Shown in pieces: positions 43,513 to 55,165 of a stretch of 64,000 bases of DNA. The notes under the pieces were generated by a model. It made no database searches. It saw only the letters and a list, made by a program, of their open reading frames with translations, and was not told the origin of the DNA. The stretch comes from Rebecca billardiae RCC1528 (Eukaryota; Protista; Haptophyta): assembly GCA_965240325.2 (NCBI GenBank), contig OZ251230.1, positions 2,294,001 to 2,358,000 on the forward strand. Direction: 5' to 3'. Position 1 is the first letter of the stretch, and the number at the start of each line of letters is the position of its first letter. A program made the translations under genes and the position numbers.

Positions 43513-46500
43513 TCAGCGCTTCCCCATCGCGTCGTTCATCGCCGCGACGAACTCGAGGTCCGTCGAGCCGCCGCCGCGCTCGCGCGAGTAGTCGACACCG
43601 TCAAACTGCGTGTACGCAAACTCGGCTGAGGAGAAGTCGAGCATGCCCTTCTTGTCCTTGTCGGTGAGCTTGGAGCGCTCGGAGGTGAGGTCCTTGCCGC
43701 GCGAGAGGATCGCCTCGATGTCCTCGTCCGTCACCGCGTGGTCGGACGCCTTGAAGATCTTGTCCGCGCCGTACCGGATGGCGTGCAGCGCGTCCTCCTT
43801 GGTCATCGCCTGAGGGCCAAAAAAGAAATACATGAAATAAAGCAGGAAAACCCAAAACAAGAATCATGTTGAAAGGGCGCGGGCGTGGGGCGCGTGCTGC
43901 GCGTGAGCGCGCGCGGCGGAGCGCGCACGCGCACGCGCCGTCGGCGCACGCGCCGTCCAAGGTGCGCGCGTGCGTGCGCGCGCCTTGGACTTGTCCGCGA
44001 GCCTGCCCGACTGTAGCACGGCCGCGCCCATCCTCAGCTTGAGCTCGGCGCGCTCGATCACCTGTTCCTCGATGGAGTCGGCGACCATCAGTCGGTACAC
44101 GTTGACCGCGCGCTTCTGCCCGATGCGGTGCACGCAGTCCTGCACCTGCAGGTCGGCCTGGAGCGCGGGGGGCGGGGAGGCACGGCGGCGCGCGGGGCGC
44201 GCGGGCCGAGGCGGGGCGCGCGGTTGGTGGGGTCGGCGGAGACGGGCGCGTGAGCGCGCGGGCGCCGCGAGCGGTGCGCCGCTCGCGGCTGGGCGCGGCG
44301 CGGCGTGGCGCGGCGCCTTGCACACCTGCGGGTTCCAGTCCGAGTCGTAGAGCACGACCGTGTCCGCCGTCTGCAGGTTGATCCCCAGCCCGTCCGCGTG
44401 CGTGGAGAGCAGGAAGACGAAGCACGTGCTGCCCTCGGTGTTGAAGGCGTCGATCATGTCCTGCCGGTTCTCGTCGCCCGTGTTGCCGTCGATGCGGCAG
44501 TACTCGAACTCGCGGTACGCGCAGTAGTCCTCGAGGATGTCGAGCATGCGCGTCTGGGCACACACGGGCGCGCGCGCGCACGCACGCACGCGCACACGCA
44601 CGCACACGCACACACACACGCACACACACGCACGCACGCACGCACACGCACACGCACACACACGCACACGCACACACGCACACGCACGCGCACGCGCAGA
44701 GGCCGGGGAAGACGCGCGCGAGCGGGGCGGCCAGTCTCAGCCGCGGAGGGCGCAGCGGCGCGGTGCCCGCGCAAGCTGCAAAGCGCGCCGCCGCACGCGC
44801 GCGGCCCTCGCCGCTCGGCGCGGCTCGCGGCCCGCCGCCCTGGCCACCGCAGGCGGGCGGGCGGCACCTGCGGCGAGCTCGGGCCGAGCTGGGCCGGGCA
44901 CCACCGCCGTGGGTCCACGCGCAGCCGCGCCCTCCCCATTCCCGCCGCGCGCCCACACCGCGCCACGCCCGCCTTTGGCCTCGCTGACACGAGCGCGCCT
45001 CGCCAGCGAGCGATTGGTGCAGCCGGCGGGCGACGGCAGCGGCGCGTGGCTCGGCGCGCCTCGCCCGCGCACCATCCCGCCCCTTCGCGCCCGCGTCGCC
45101 GCGCGCAGCCGGCGCGCTGTCCGCCGAGCGCGGCCGGTCGGTGTGCGTGGCGCGTGTGCGCGCGCGCGGCCGCACCATCTGCGAGAAGATGAGCACGCGG
45201 TGCCCGTTGGCGTTGAGCCGCAGCAGCAGCTTGTCGAGCAGCACCATCTTGCCCGAGTTGGTCACGAGGTGGTCGCCGTACGGCGGCAGGCTCTTGTCCT
45301 CTCGGCCCTCGAAGAGGTACGGGTGGTTGCAGCACTTGAGCAGCGCCATCTGACGGTTGAGCAGCCGCGACATGTTCGCGCCGAGCGCGTCGATGTTGCG
45401 CATGAGGATGTCCTTATACTGCTCGCGCTGCATGGCTGAGAGGCCGAGCGACAGCAGTATCTCCTTCTTGGGCGGCAGGTTGGGCTCGACCTCCGACTTG
45501 ACGCGGCGGAGGAGGAAGGGGCGGAGCACCTTGTGCAGCTTGTTGTGGATCGCCTCCTCGGGCACCTTCTTCTTCTTGCAGCCGAACCACGTGCGCCACT
45601 GCTTGGGCGAGTCGAAGATGTCGGGGATGAGGAAGTTGAGCAGCGCCCACAGCTCGTGCAGGTTGTTCTGCAGCGGCGTGGCCGTGATGAGCAGCCGCGA
45701 GTGCGAGGAGATCGAGCGCAGCACCTGCGAGAGCACCGACTCCTCGTTCTTCATCCGGTGCGCCTCGTCCACGATCACGTACCGCCACGAGAAATTGCGG
45801 AAGGCGGTCGCCTCGCGCGTGACCATCTCGTACGAGGTGACGACGGCCTCGAACTTGTCGGGCTGCAGCTTCTCGGCGATCAGCTGCGCGCGCTCGTGCT
45901 TGTCGCCGTGGAAGTGGAAGACGCTCATCTCGGGGCACCAGTTCTCGAACTCGCGCATCCAGTTCGTCAGCGTCGACTTGGGCGCGATGATGAGGTAGGG
46001 CCCCTTGAGGCCCTGCACGCCCTTGAGCCACGCGAGCAGCGAGATGCACTGCAGCGTCTTGCCCAGCCCCATCTCGTCGGCGAGGATGCCGTTGATGCCC
46101 GAGAGGTAGAGGTTGGCGAGCCACGAGAGCCCCGCCACCTGGTACGCGCGCATCTCGCCGTGGCTCGCGTTGATCAGCTCGGGCTGCTGCGTGATGCGCA
46201 CGGTCTCGCCGAACGCGAACGCGCGCTTGCCGTCGGCCGTCGACGCGCCCGCGCCCTCCTCGTCGGCGATGAGCTGGTCGTCCTTCTCCTTCTCGGTCAT
46301 CCGCTCGCGCTTCGCCTTCTTGCTCGCGCCGCGCCCCTCGTGCGCCACCATCTCCTCGCTCGCGATGCCAAAGTGCTGGAAGAGGTCGGACTGCGAGACG
46401 AGGAACCGACGGCGCGCGGCGGCGCTCGCCGCCTTGTCGTCCTCGATCGAGCGGTTCTGCTTCTCGGTGGCGGTGAGCGCGCGCGGAGCCGCCTTTGGCT

Positions 46501-47112
46501 TCGCGGGGCCCGCCGGCGCGCGCTCGTCCGCCTCCTCCTGCAGCCGCGCGCGCTTCTCGGCGCGCTCTGTCTCGCGTGCGGTCGGGCCGGCCGCATGCCT
46601 GCGCGCCTCCTCGTCCGCCGCCTCGGCCTCGAGGCGCGCGTTGTACCGCGCCATCGCCTTGTCGTACGACTCGCGCTCGCGCGCCGCCGCCGCCTCGTGC
46701 GCCGCCTTCTCGCCCGCGCCCGCGCTCTGCCACCGCTCGCTCAGCGCGCGCATCACCTCCGTCTGCGCGCCGCCGCCCTCGCCCAGCTCGGCGACCACCT
46801 CCGCGCGCACCTTGGCGCAGAAGAGCTGGTACGCGTTGAGCGGGCGCTTCGGCGGCATGAGCTCACTCTCAATCTGATCCACCGAAACGCCTGCGCCGAG
46901 GCCGGCCGCGCGCAGCCGAGCGCGCGCGCGGGGGTCCACGCGCGTGAGTCGCGGCGCAGCGCGCAGAGCGCAGAGCGCGCGCGCGTCCGCCATGCGCGAG
47001 GGCCTCACGCACCGGTCTCCTCGGCGATGGTCTTGACGGTGATATTGTCCTTGAGCATCCCACGAATCTTCGTGGCCAGTGCGAAGGGGATGTCTCCCTC
47101 CGACGAGGCCAT
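43513..47112 (-). CDS. HMG-box + ISWI/SNF2 chromatin-remodeller homologue, C-terminally truncated and degenerate (possible pseudogene)
   Basis: Inferred exons 47112-47013, 46890-45176, 44553-44326, 44157-43984, 43809-43513. HMG box [12 protein letters not shown]...W. SNF2 motifs [45 protein letters not shown]. No HAND-SANT-SLIDE region. Confidence 0.85.
44570..44698. repeat. Compound (CA/CG)n microsatellite inside the ISWI intron
   Basis: cgcacgcacgcgcacacgcacgcacacgcacacacacacg... within intron 44554-45175. Confidence 0.9.
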
Positions 47113-48749
47113 CCTGTCCGGCGCGCTCGGGGGCTTGGTGCAGCGCGCTCTGAGCCACAGCGCGGTGGTGGACGGCGGACACGAAATTCTTCAGTAGTTG
47201 GGACAGGGCCCTCGCCAAGGACCGGTCCAGACCTCGCCGTCGGGATCCGGAAGGACAAGGGGGGTAGGACGGAAACGAGCCTCCCGGACTCCCCCCCGTG
47301 TTTCGACCGGTGCTGAGGCTGGAAGCGCCCGGCGTCTCGACGGCGCCCACCTCGCGCCCCTCCCCGACCGACCCCCGCCGCCCGCGGGCGGGCTGCTGGG
47401 CGCACGAGCGCGAGCTGGCCGCCGGCGTGAAGCCGAGGTGGAGCCAACTCGCCCTTCAGCTCGTAGGACGCCCGGCTCCTGAAGCCGACCGCCCTGTGCG
47501 CGCATCCGCCTGCCTGCGCTTTGCGGGTACGCCGTTGGCGCGGCCCGGGCCGCGGCAACTAACCGTACGGCCCAGCCCGACGCCGCCGCGCGGCGGCCAG
47601 TCGGGGTGTCGTGTCGCGATTTGCGGGTGCGCGCCTGGCGGGGCAGGTGGCACTGCCCCGCCCGATAGCTTCCGATCAACGAAATTGCCTCGCAAGCGCC
47701 CGCGATCGCTGATCCTCGCCGCGGGCCCGCATAATTTGTTCCCGGACCCGGGGGCCGCTGTAGAGCCAGTCTGGTGCGAGCACCGAACGATGGTACGGGC
47801 CGGGAGCGTGGTGCGCGACGTCACCGAGGCCGTGGGACAGCTAGGCACCGCTTGCGCGCCCACCAGTAGCCTGTGGGCCGACCACGCGTTCAACCGTGGC
47901 CGTGCACCCGATGGCACGGTCACGCGCGGTGCTCAGCGGCTGCAGCGCGCTGTGCACGCAGGCGCGACAGGCCGCCAAGTTGCCGGGTAGACGCGGTGCG
48001 CACGCTCTGTCAGCTGCAGATCAACATCGCGAGAACCTCTGCCGCCCCCACCTCGGTGCTCGCGGCACCCACCGCACGGCCAGCCAGTCGCGCGCACGCC
48101 GGGCGGCCACCTCAACCGACGACTGCGGGTGTTGGGATACTGTGTGCTCAACGTGAGACTCGAGGACACGGCACGAGAAAGCGCCGTAACACCCGCGCAC
48201 TCTCTCGCGCCCTTCTTGATAGCCACACCACGCCTGGGAGACCGGAGAGGGAACGACGACGTGAACACGCTCAAGTCGATGATGATCTACCGCGCGCTGT
48301 AAGACGTGTCGTAGGTGTACGGCCGTGCCGTGCCGTCACTCAATCAAGCTGATCGTGTACGTGTGACAGTTTCTGACTACGGTGCGTCGCGCCAGTCCGC
48401 CTAGTTTGACGTGAGGCCGGAGATCACTGGACCCTTCTGCCACGACCGACAGCTGCCGAGCATACAATCGCCAATCGGGCATTGGCCCGACGGCCCTGGT
48501 ACGTACACTCCGGTAGCTCGCACTCGCCGGAGACTCTTACTCTGACTCTGTCTGCACCAACGTCCAACCTGGCAGTGGGCGCAGTGGCGGTTACATCGTC
48601 AGCAGCAATTTTATCACGCGCGCGTTCCGAACCGCGCATGTGACGGCACTGCTACTCGGCTACTGCTGACTACTACTTAGTTCAGACGCGACACTCTGAA
48701 TTCAGAATTTAGTTAATTAGTAGGTATTCTGATATTATTATTTATTATA

Positions 48750-48750
48750 A

Positions 48751-48789
<39 letters not shown>
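48750..48789. repeat. (AAT)n microsatellite
   Basis: About 13 consecutive AAT units. Confidence 0.95.
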
Positions 48790-48790
<1 letters not shown>

Positions 48791-49175
48791 CGGCGATCAT
48801 ATACATTCAGCGGCATGGGGCCCATATGCCGTGCGTCGGAGGCCGCGGGCAGGCTGACGGGTCGGCCGGTCACAGTGTGCCGGTCGTGCCGCTTAGAAAT
48901 GGCCGCCAACTTGATGTGACGGCTGGCCTCGGAAACCGGGCCGTGCCGCCACCGACTGAGTGGCCACTGGGCCACCGAGTCCGAGATGGGCTGCGAGCGC
49001 TGGCGGCCTTCCTTGAAAGTTGTGCGAACACCCATCGCCCACTCCATAAATACCATCATGGGCCTTTCGGACCGCCAGGGAAATGCCACAATCGCCGTCC
49101 TCGCCCCATGGCGGGCCATGCCGCACAGCCGGCGTTCTCGGCAGCTGGTACTCGGCACGGATAAGCCAGATCAGG

Positions 49176-49709
49176 TTAATGCGACGATGCAAACTGCCAC
49201 GATGCGCACCACAGGCTCGTCTTGTCGCATTCGCGGTAGTCGATCCGCTCCTTCCCCGGAGGCGGCGGCGGCGGCGGCTTGCGCGTGGCGTTGATCATGT
49301 GGTGGTTGGAGGCGAGGTCATTGCGGTTGAGGAAGCGGTAACTGTCCCAGCTCTCGACGGCCGTCCCGGAGTTGAGCGCGTCCACGCGCGCCTTCAACTG
49401 TCGCAGCTGCGCGCGGACGTCTGGATCGGTCGCAATTCGCTGCCGTAGCTCCTCGCCGCGCAGCGCGCTGGCAAGATCGCCTGTTGAGCTGTGCCGCGGG
49501 ATGTCGAACGACCGTGGCTGCGATTGCGACGCGCTGTCGTCGTGCTTGATGCGCTCGAGGAGTTCCTTGTGGATGAGGGCCTCCCACATGTTGTCCGACT
49601 CGATGGATTTGATCCGGCCCTCATCCTTCTGCTCCTGCTCGCTCAGCCTCGCACGGCGGCGCCTGTCGTGCTCGGTGCCCTTCTTCTCGCCGAACGTGCC
49701 GCCCAGCAT
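49176..49709 (-). CDS. Hypothetical charged/coiled-coil protein
   Basis: ATG 49709 MLGGTFGEKK..., GC3-rich codons and protein-like composition; no family recognised. Confidence 0.6.
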   Translation of the reverse strand: MLGGTFGEKKGTEHDRRRRARLSEQEQKDEGRIKSIESDNMWEALIHKELLERIKHDDSASQSQPRSFDIPRHSSTGDLASALRGEELRQRIATDPDVRAQLRQLKARVDALNSGTAVESWDSYRFLNRNDLASNHHMINATRKPPPPPPPGKERIDYRECDKTSLWCASWQFASSH

Positions 49710-50608
49710 GGCTGCTGCCTCACCAAGGACGCGAAACGAACAAGTAACGACCGCCTCGTTCGGTACTGTCACGCTTAACCAAGTGTGCACGTTAAATAAT
49801 CATAGTACAGTTGTACCAGAAACAGTACGATGGTGGCGGGTCAGCACTTCGATGGTGGCTGGCCAGGGGGTGAGGGCGTCCGTGCCTCTGGACGGGCATT
49901 GAGCCGTGGCGAGGTCGCCAAACCGCGTTGCGTGGTTCCAGAGAACGCTGCTACTATCCCTGACCAGCTTGCTAGCCATGCCGGTCGTTGATCAGTTGAT
50001 CACCCCGCCGTTGACAGGCGCGCACACTCCACGCGTATTCGCATGGCAGCTGCGTGTCGGACGGCGGTCGCACGACTACTGCGCAGCCAACATTGATCGT
50101 CAGACTCACGACTTGTGGGGTCAGACAGAGCATTAACAGGTCTGCACCCTCGCCTGGCATGCCCTAGAGGTCAGCACGGCCCTCAGAAGGGTGATCCTGG
50201 GCTGAACCCGCTACTTATGCCCATACATAGTCCGCTCCCGCTGCATGTGGCAGCACGGTCCCAACGGGTCCCGGCTCAGTCACGCGCCCCGTTCACACGA
50301 TGACGTGGACGTGGACGTGAGAGTGGTCGAAATGTAGGAAGGGAAGCCGCTTCTCAACCCCGCGCCACGTGCTACTCGTACGCGGCGACAAAACGCGCGG
50401 TGCGCATTATTATTACTATTAGCCAAGTAGTGTTGCCTGACTGTTACTACGGTTACAGCCGCAGGCATGGCGTCCATCACATTCACACTCGTCTGCTGAT
50501 GCACTCGTCATCACAGCAGATCCGAGATCGTCACTCAGCAGGATCAAGTGATCAAGTCTTCTCTAAGCAGGAGTCATCTGCAAACCGGTCCGACGGCGTT
50601 CCCCATCG

Positions 50609-53600
50609 TCAGAAGTTCGACAGGCGGATGCGGCGCAGCGTGTGCCACACCTCGAGCGGGATGGGCGGCCGCTCGGTGCCCGCGTCCGCGTCCGACGCGG
50701 CGATCGGCGCGGCCGTCGTCGCGATGCGCAGGTTGCTCTGCGAGCGCGCGACGTCCCAGCCGCGCCGCAGCCACGGCTTGGCGCTCGAGCGCGCCATCTC
50801 GTGGAAGGTGACGCAGAACGCGAGGTAGCGCTCGAGCGCGGCGATGCGGCTCTCGTAGAAGCGCTGCAGGTGGATCTGCCGGTCCTGGATCTCGATCGTG
50901 CGCTGGTCGAGCTTGTCGCAGAACGCGAGCCGGACGCTCGGGTCGTCGTCCGAGGTGCTCGGCCGCGCGACGGCCGCGTCGCGGTGCGTCGCGATCGCGA
51001 TGCGCCGGCGCGCGAGCATGTCGACGCGCGTCTCGGGCGCGTCGGCGAGCAGGAAGTGGGCGCCGTACGGCAGCGCGCGCAGCTGCGCGACGCCGGGCGT
51101 GGAGAGCTGCAGCCGCCGCGCCGCCTCGGCCGCGCTGTGCGCGAGCGCGGTGCGCACCTGCTGCACCTCGCGCGCGTGCGCGGTCGCCATCACGGCGCGT
51201 AGCACAAGCCTCGGGCTGACGCTCGCGCCGCTCGCCACGAGCCGCGCGTACACGAGCTCGTCGAGGAAGAGGCGGCGGCGCGCCGAGGGCAGGTGCACGT
51301 GCGTCGAGACGTACTGCGGGTGCAGCGCGTTCTGGCCGACGCTGAAGATCTCGGGGCCGTTGCCCGCGGTCGGGTCCATCGGGTATGCCGGGTTCTGCAC
51401 GAACGCGGCCTGCTTGCACGCGAGCAGGAGCGCGGCCTCGGTCTTGGCGAGGCAGCAGAGGCGGCCGTCCGGCCGGCCGACCGCGAGCAGCAGCCCGCGG
51501 GACACGCGGTGCGTGAACGTGTGCACGAAGTGGTCGACGCCCGACGCGCCGTGCACGTCGAGCGCCGCGAACGAGTACGCCTGCGCGAACAGCTTGGAGC
51601 AGAACGCCTCGAGCAGCTGGTGGTTTGTGTTGGAATCGACGATCACGAGCGTGCGCTTGCCCATCCGCGCCCACATCGGCCGGCCCTCGCACGCGCGCAG
51701 CGCCCAAGTGAGCAGCTTGGCGCAGTACACGTAGAGCAGGCCGTCGAGGGTGCGCAGCGCGAAGCCGACGGCCGTGAGGCCGAGCTCAAGCGCGCCGCGC
51801 CCGCGCGGCGCGTCCGCGTCGACGAGCGACCATTCGAGCGCGGCGCGCGCGCGCGGCAGCCCGAGCAGTCGCAGCGCGAGGTGCGCGCTAAAGCTGACCG
51901 CCGGCGCGGCCAGCGCGACTGACAGCAGCACGTACGCGGCGGTGAGGCAGAGGACGCGCCAGGGCTCGCGCACGTGCGCGCCCCAGCGCCGGCCCTGCGC
52001 GCACAGCGCGTCGTGCGTCGCGCTGCGCATCGGCGTCGGCTCGCCCTCGCGCGCGCCGTGCCCCACAATGTCCTCCACCGCCGGCACGGCGGTCGATGCG
52101 AGCATCTCTCGCATGTCGGCGAGACAGCCCTCGGAGAGGCGCGTGATTGGCTCCGGCTGCCCGGGGTCCGGGCGGGGCGGTCCGGGCGGCGCGGCGGCGT
52201 GCGGCGCGCGGTGCGCGGCGGCGGCACCGCCGGCGCCGCCGCCGCCGCCGCCGGGCGCGGGCGCGAGCTTCGAGCGCACGCGCGCGCCGACGCCGCCGTC
52301 GGCGCCGAAGCGTTCCCACTGCTGTGCGGTGAGCGACGGCCCGAATCGGCGGCGCGCGTCGGACGCGAGGTGGAGCAGGAGGTACGTGAGCGTGTGCTGC
52401 ATCGCGGCGACGGCGAGGCTCGAGGGCTCGGCCGCGCGCACGCCCGCGCCCGTCAGCATCACCCGGTCCGCCGGCGGCGGCTGGCCGCGCGCCGCGTACG
52501 CCGCAGCCAGTGACATCTCCATTTGCGAATCGGGCGTGCCCGTGAGCAGCCAGATGCGGCCCGGGGCGAGGCGCTCGAGCAGCCGCGTCGCGTGCAGCGT
52601 GGGGAAGGTCTGCCCCGAGTGCGAGACGAGCAGCACCGCGCTCGACTCGATGTCCGCCGTCGTCGGCGTCGTCGACCCCGAGAAGAACGTCTTGCGCGGC
52701 GAGAACTTTCCGATCCCGAGCAGCTTATTCGCCGACACGCAGCGCACCTTGAGGAACGGGAAGGCGTCCTCGAGGTCCGAGGCGAACTGCTCCGCGAGCC
52801 AGAGCGAGACCTCGATGCCCGCGATGAGCAGGTCGACGGTGCCGAGCCGGCGCGCGCGCCGCGCGCGCATCAGCGGCGCGATGTGCGCGGCGAGCGCGTC
52901 CGCCGCGCGGTGGGTCGGGTTGCTTGGGTCTGCCCACGCCTCGCCGACGCGGCGCAGCGCGCGCGGTGTCTCGGCCAAGTCTGCCGCGACGAGATCGGCG
53001 GCCGCGTGTGGCACGGGCACGTGCGCCTCGCGCACGCGCACCGTGCGCGCGCGCAGCTCGGCGCGCGAGCTCTCCACCGCGCTCGTGAGCGAGTACGCGC
53101 GCAGCTGCACGCCGCCGCTCAGCGGCAGGCAGTGCGAGCGCAGCGCCTCGCGCGCCGCGTCGGTGCCGGCGCGCGCGCCGCCGGCCGCTGCCGCGGAGCG
53201 CGAGCGCGTCGACACGTCCGCCGAGGGCGGCGGCCGCCCGGAGCTGCCGACGGAGTCGGTGGTCCAGCCGGCGTCGGCTGCGCTCGCGCTCGCGCCGTGC
53301 CGCTCGCGGCCGCCGCCGCCGCCGCCGTTGCCGCGCCGCAGCGGCAGGCAGTCAGAGCCGCCAGCGGGCGACGCGGCGCGCGGCACGCGGCCGTGGCCGG
53401 CGCGCGCCGGTGGGCTCATCTGCCCGGGCAGCGCGGGCCGCCCACCCGCCGAGCCCGGCCAGCCCGCGCCGCTCCGCTCGCCGAGGCTGCCGCCGCCGCC
53501 GCCGGGGCTCTCGGCGCCGCCGCGGTCCTCGGCGCCGCCGCGGTCCTCGGCGCCGCCGCGGCTGCCGCCGCGGCTGAGCGCGCCGACCAGCACCGACCTG

Positions 53601-55165
53601 CGGCGCACGTATGCACTGAGCAGCTCCCCGAATGACGAAACGCGGCGCGCGTCGGTGTACTGCCCGTCGTCGACGAGGGGCGCGGGCGGGCCGATGCGCA
53701 CGACCTCGCCGGTCTCGTCGAGCGCGAGCGTGCGCTCGAGCGGCGTGCCGTCCTCGCGAACCGGCGTGCGCACCGCGCTCGCCTCGGAGCCAAAAAGCAC
53801 GACGGGTGCCGACTCCGAAAAGGCGAGCTGCATCGGCTGGCCGAGAGCGCCGAGCACGACCGCGCCGGGCTCGAGCGAGCAGTGCGCCTGCACGCCGAAG
53901 GTACCGTGCGCGCGCTGCAGCACCTCGGTCAGCGCCGCGTACAGGTCGTTCCGCAGGAACGCGCGCACGGTGTGGTGAATGAACTGAATCACCTGCGCGC
54001 CCGACCACGAGCGCGCGCGCCCCCAGACGGCCGCGCGCGCGCTCGGCTCCGCGAGCCGCTCGGCCAGCTCGGCCTGGAGCGCGCGCACGCCGGCGAGCGA
54101 GACGAGGTAGCGCCGCGGGTCGAGCTGGAACGGCACGATGATGCGCTCCGCGTGCCGCTCCCACGCGCTCTCGAAGACGCGCGCCCAGCGCACGTGCCAG
54201 ACCATGTCCGACGGCGCGGCGCGGATGCCTGCGAGCGAGTTCGCGCCGTCGAGCGGCTGCGAGGGCGAGACGTCGCCGAGCGTGGTGCAGATCACGCGGA
54301 GCCACGCAAGGCGCGCGGCGGGCCCCCAGCGCCCCTGCACGCGCAGCAGCTCGAGCAGCCCCGCCAGCTTCGGCGAGTCCCCGCTCGTCGCGTTCCGCGC
54401 CTGCAGCGCGCGCTCAAGCCAAAGGCCGACCTCACCGTTGGTCGCGACCGAGCCGTAGGCATCGAAGGAGTCAAAGTCGCCGTTGTGCGCGAGGTGGATG
54501 ACGCACGGCGTGATCTCTGGCACGAAGGCCGCGCGCACCGGGTCGTACCGGTACACGCGCTCGGACACCTTCGCCCCGTCACCCACGGACACGACGGAGC
54601 GGCTGGCGGCGTCCCACCGCTGCGGCACGGTGTGCGCCATGCTGCCGACGAGCAGCGCGCCCGCCGCGTTCTCGCGGCGGTAGCCGGTATCGAACCAGTC
54701 GTGCGGGTGCAGCTCGGGCACGAGGTTGAGGCTGCCCGTGGCGAAGCGCGTGTGCCCCAGGATGGACAGCGCGCTCGTGCCGCGGCCGCGCCCCTGCGGG
54801 CACTGGCGGCGGAACTGGCGATCCAGGTCGTCCGCGAGCGGGTAGCGCTTGCGCGCGATGGTGCGCACGCGGCCCATCGCCGGCGCGGCGGAGAGCTCGT
54901 CGCGGAACTCGAAGCTGGAGACGCCGCCCGCCTGCCCGCCGCGGATGATGTTCGCCTCGACCATCTGCTTCACAATCTTGGCCGGCGCGAGCAGCGGCGA
55001 CTCGCTCGCCCCGCCGCCGTCCGAGCTCGCCGAGGAGCGCGTCTCGCGGCGGCGGCCGGACTTGTCGTCCTCGGAGGCGACGGCCTTGTCCGCGTCGGCG
55101 GTGACGAGACGCACGTCGACGCGGCCGCCCGTGTACGTCAGCAGGAGCCCGAGGTTGCCGCACAT
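50609..55165 (-). CDS. GlmS-like protein: class-II glutamine amidotransferase + SIS-like domain + membrane helices
   Basis: Starts MCGN (N-terminal nucleophile Cys). RGGQAGG, GHTRFATGS...HPH, HNGDF, FGSE. SIS-like VLLVSHSGQTFPTL. Two hydrophobic segments near 51700-51960. Single 1518-aa ORF. Confidence 0.8.
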   Translation of the reverse strand: MCGNLGLLLTYTGGRVDVRLVTADADKAVASEDDKSGRRRETRSSASSDGGGASESPLLAPAKIVKQMVEANIIRGGQAGGVSSFEFRDELSAAPAMGRVRTIARKRYPLADDLDRQFRRQCPQGRGRGTSALSILGHTRFATGSLNLVPELHPHDWFDTGYRRENAAGALLVGSMAHTVPQRWDAASRSVVSVGDGAKVSERVYRYDPVRAAFVPEITPCVIHLAHNGDFDSFDAYGSVATNGEVGLWLERALQARNATSGDSPKLAGLLELLRVQGRWGPAARLAWLRVICTTLGDVSPSQPLDGANSLAGIRAAPSDMVWHVRWARVFESAWERHAERIIVPFQLDPRRYLVSLAGVRALQAELAERLAEPSARAAVWGRARSWSGAQVIQFIHHTVRAFLRNDLYAALTEVLQRAHGTFGVQAHCSLEPGAVVLGALGQPMQLAFSESAPVVLFGSEASAVRTPVREDGTPLERTLALDETGEVVRIGPPAPLVDDGQYTDARRVSSFGELLSAYVRRRSVLVGALSRGGSRGGAEDRGGAEDRGGAESPGGGGGSLGERSGAGWPGSAGGRPALPGQMSPPARAGHGRVPRAASPAGGSDCLPLRRGNGGGGGGRERHGASASAADAGWTTDSVGSSGRPPPSADVSTRSRSAAAAGGARAGTDAAREALRSHCLPLSGGVQLRAYSLTSAVESSRAELRARTVRVREAHVPVPHAAADLVAADLAETPRALRRVGEAWADPSNPTHRAADALAAHIAPLMRARRARRLGTVDLLIAGIEVSLWLAEQFASDLEDAFPFLKVRCVSANKLLGIGKFSPRKTFFSGSTTPTTADIESSAVLLVSHSGQTFPTLHATRLLERLAPGRIWLLTGTPDSQMEMSLAAAYAARGQPPPADRVMLTGAGVRAAEPSSLAVAAMQHTLTYLLLHLASDARRRFGPSLTAQQWERFGADGGVGARVRSKLAPAPGGGGGGAGGAAAAHRAPHAAAPPGPPRPDPGQPEPITRLSEGCLADMREMLASTAVPAVEDIVGHGAREGEPTPMRSATHDALCAQGRRWGAHVREPWRVLCLTAAYVLLSVALAAPAVSFSAHLALRLLGLPRARAALEWSLVDADAPRGRGALELGLTAVGFALRTLDGLLYVYCAKLLTWALRACEGRPMWARMGKRTLVIVDSNTNHQLLEAFCSKLFAQAYSFAALDVHGASGVDHFVHTFTHRVSRGLLLAVGRPDGRLCCLAKTEAALLLACKQAAFVQNPAYPMDPTAGNGPEIFSVGQNALHPQYVSTHVHLPSARRRLFLDELVYARLVASGASVSPRLVLRAVMATAHAREVQQVRTALAHSAAEAARRLQLSTPGVAQLRALPYGAHFLLADAPETRVDMLARRRIAIATHRDAAVARPSTSDDDPSVRLAFCDKLDQRTIEIQDRQIHLQRFYESRIAALERYLAFCVTFHEMARSSAKPWLRRGWDVARSQSNLRIATTAAPIAASDADAGTERPPIPLEVWHTLRRIRLSNF

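Noticed and set aside
47113-48400. Several 100-230 aa ORFs upstream of the ISWI gene
   Set aside because: No motif or consistent codon bias; the 1249-aa track ORF also reads through introns.
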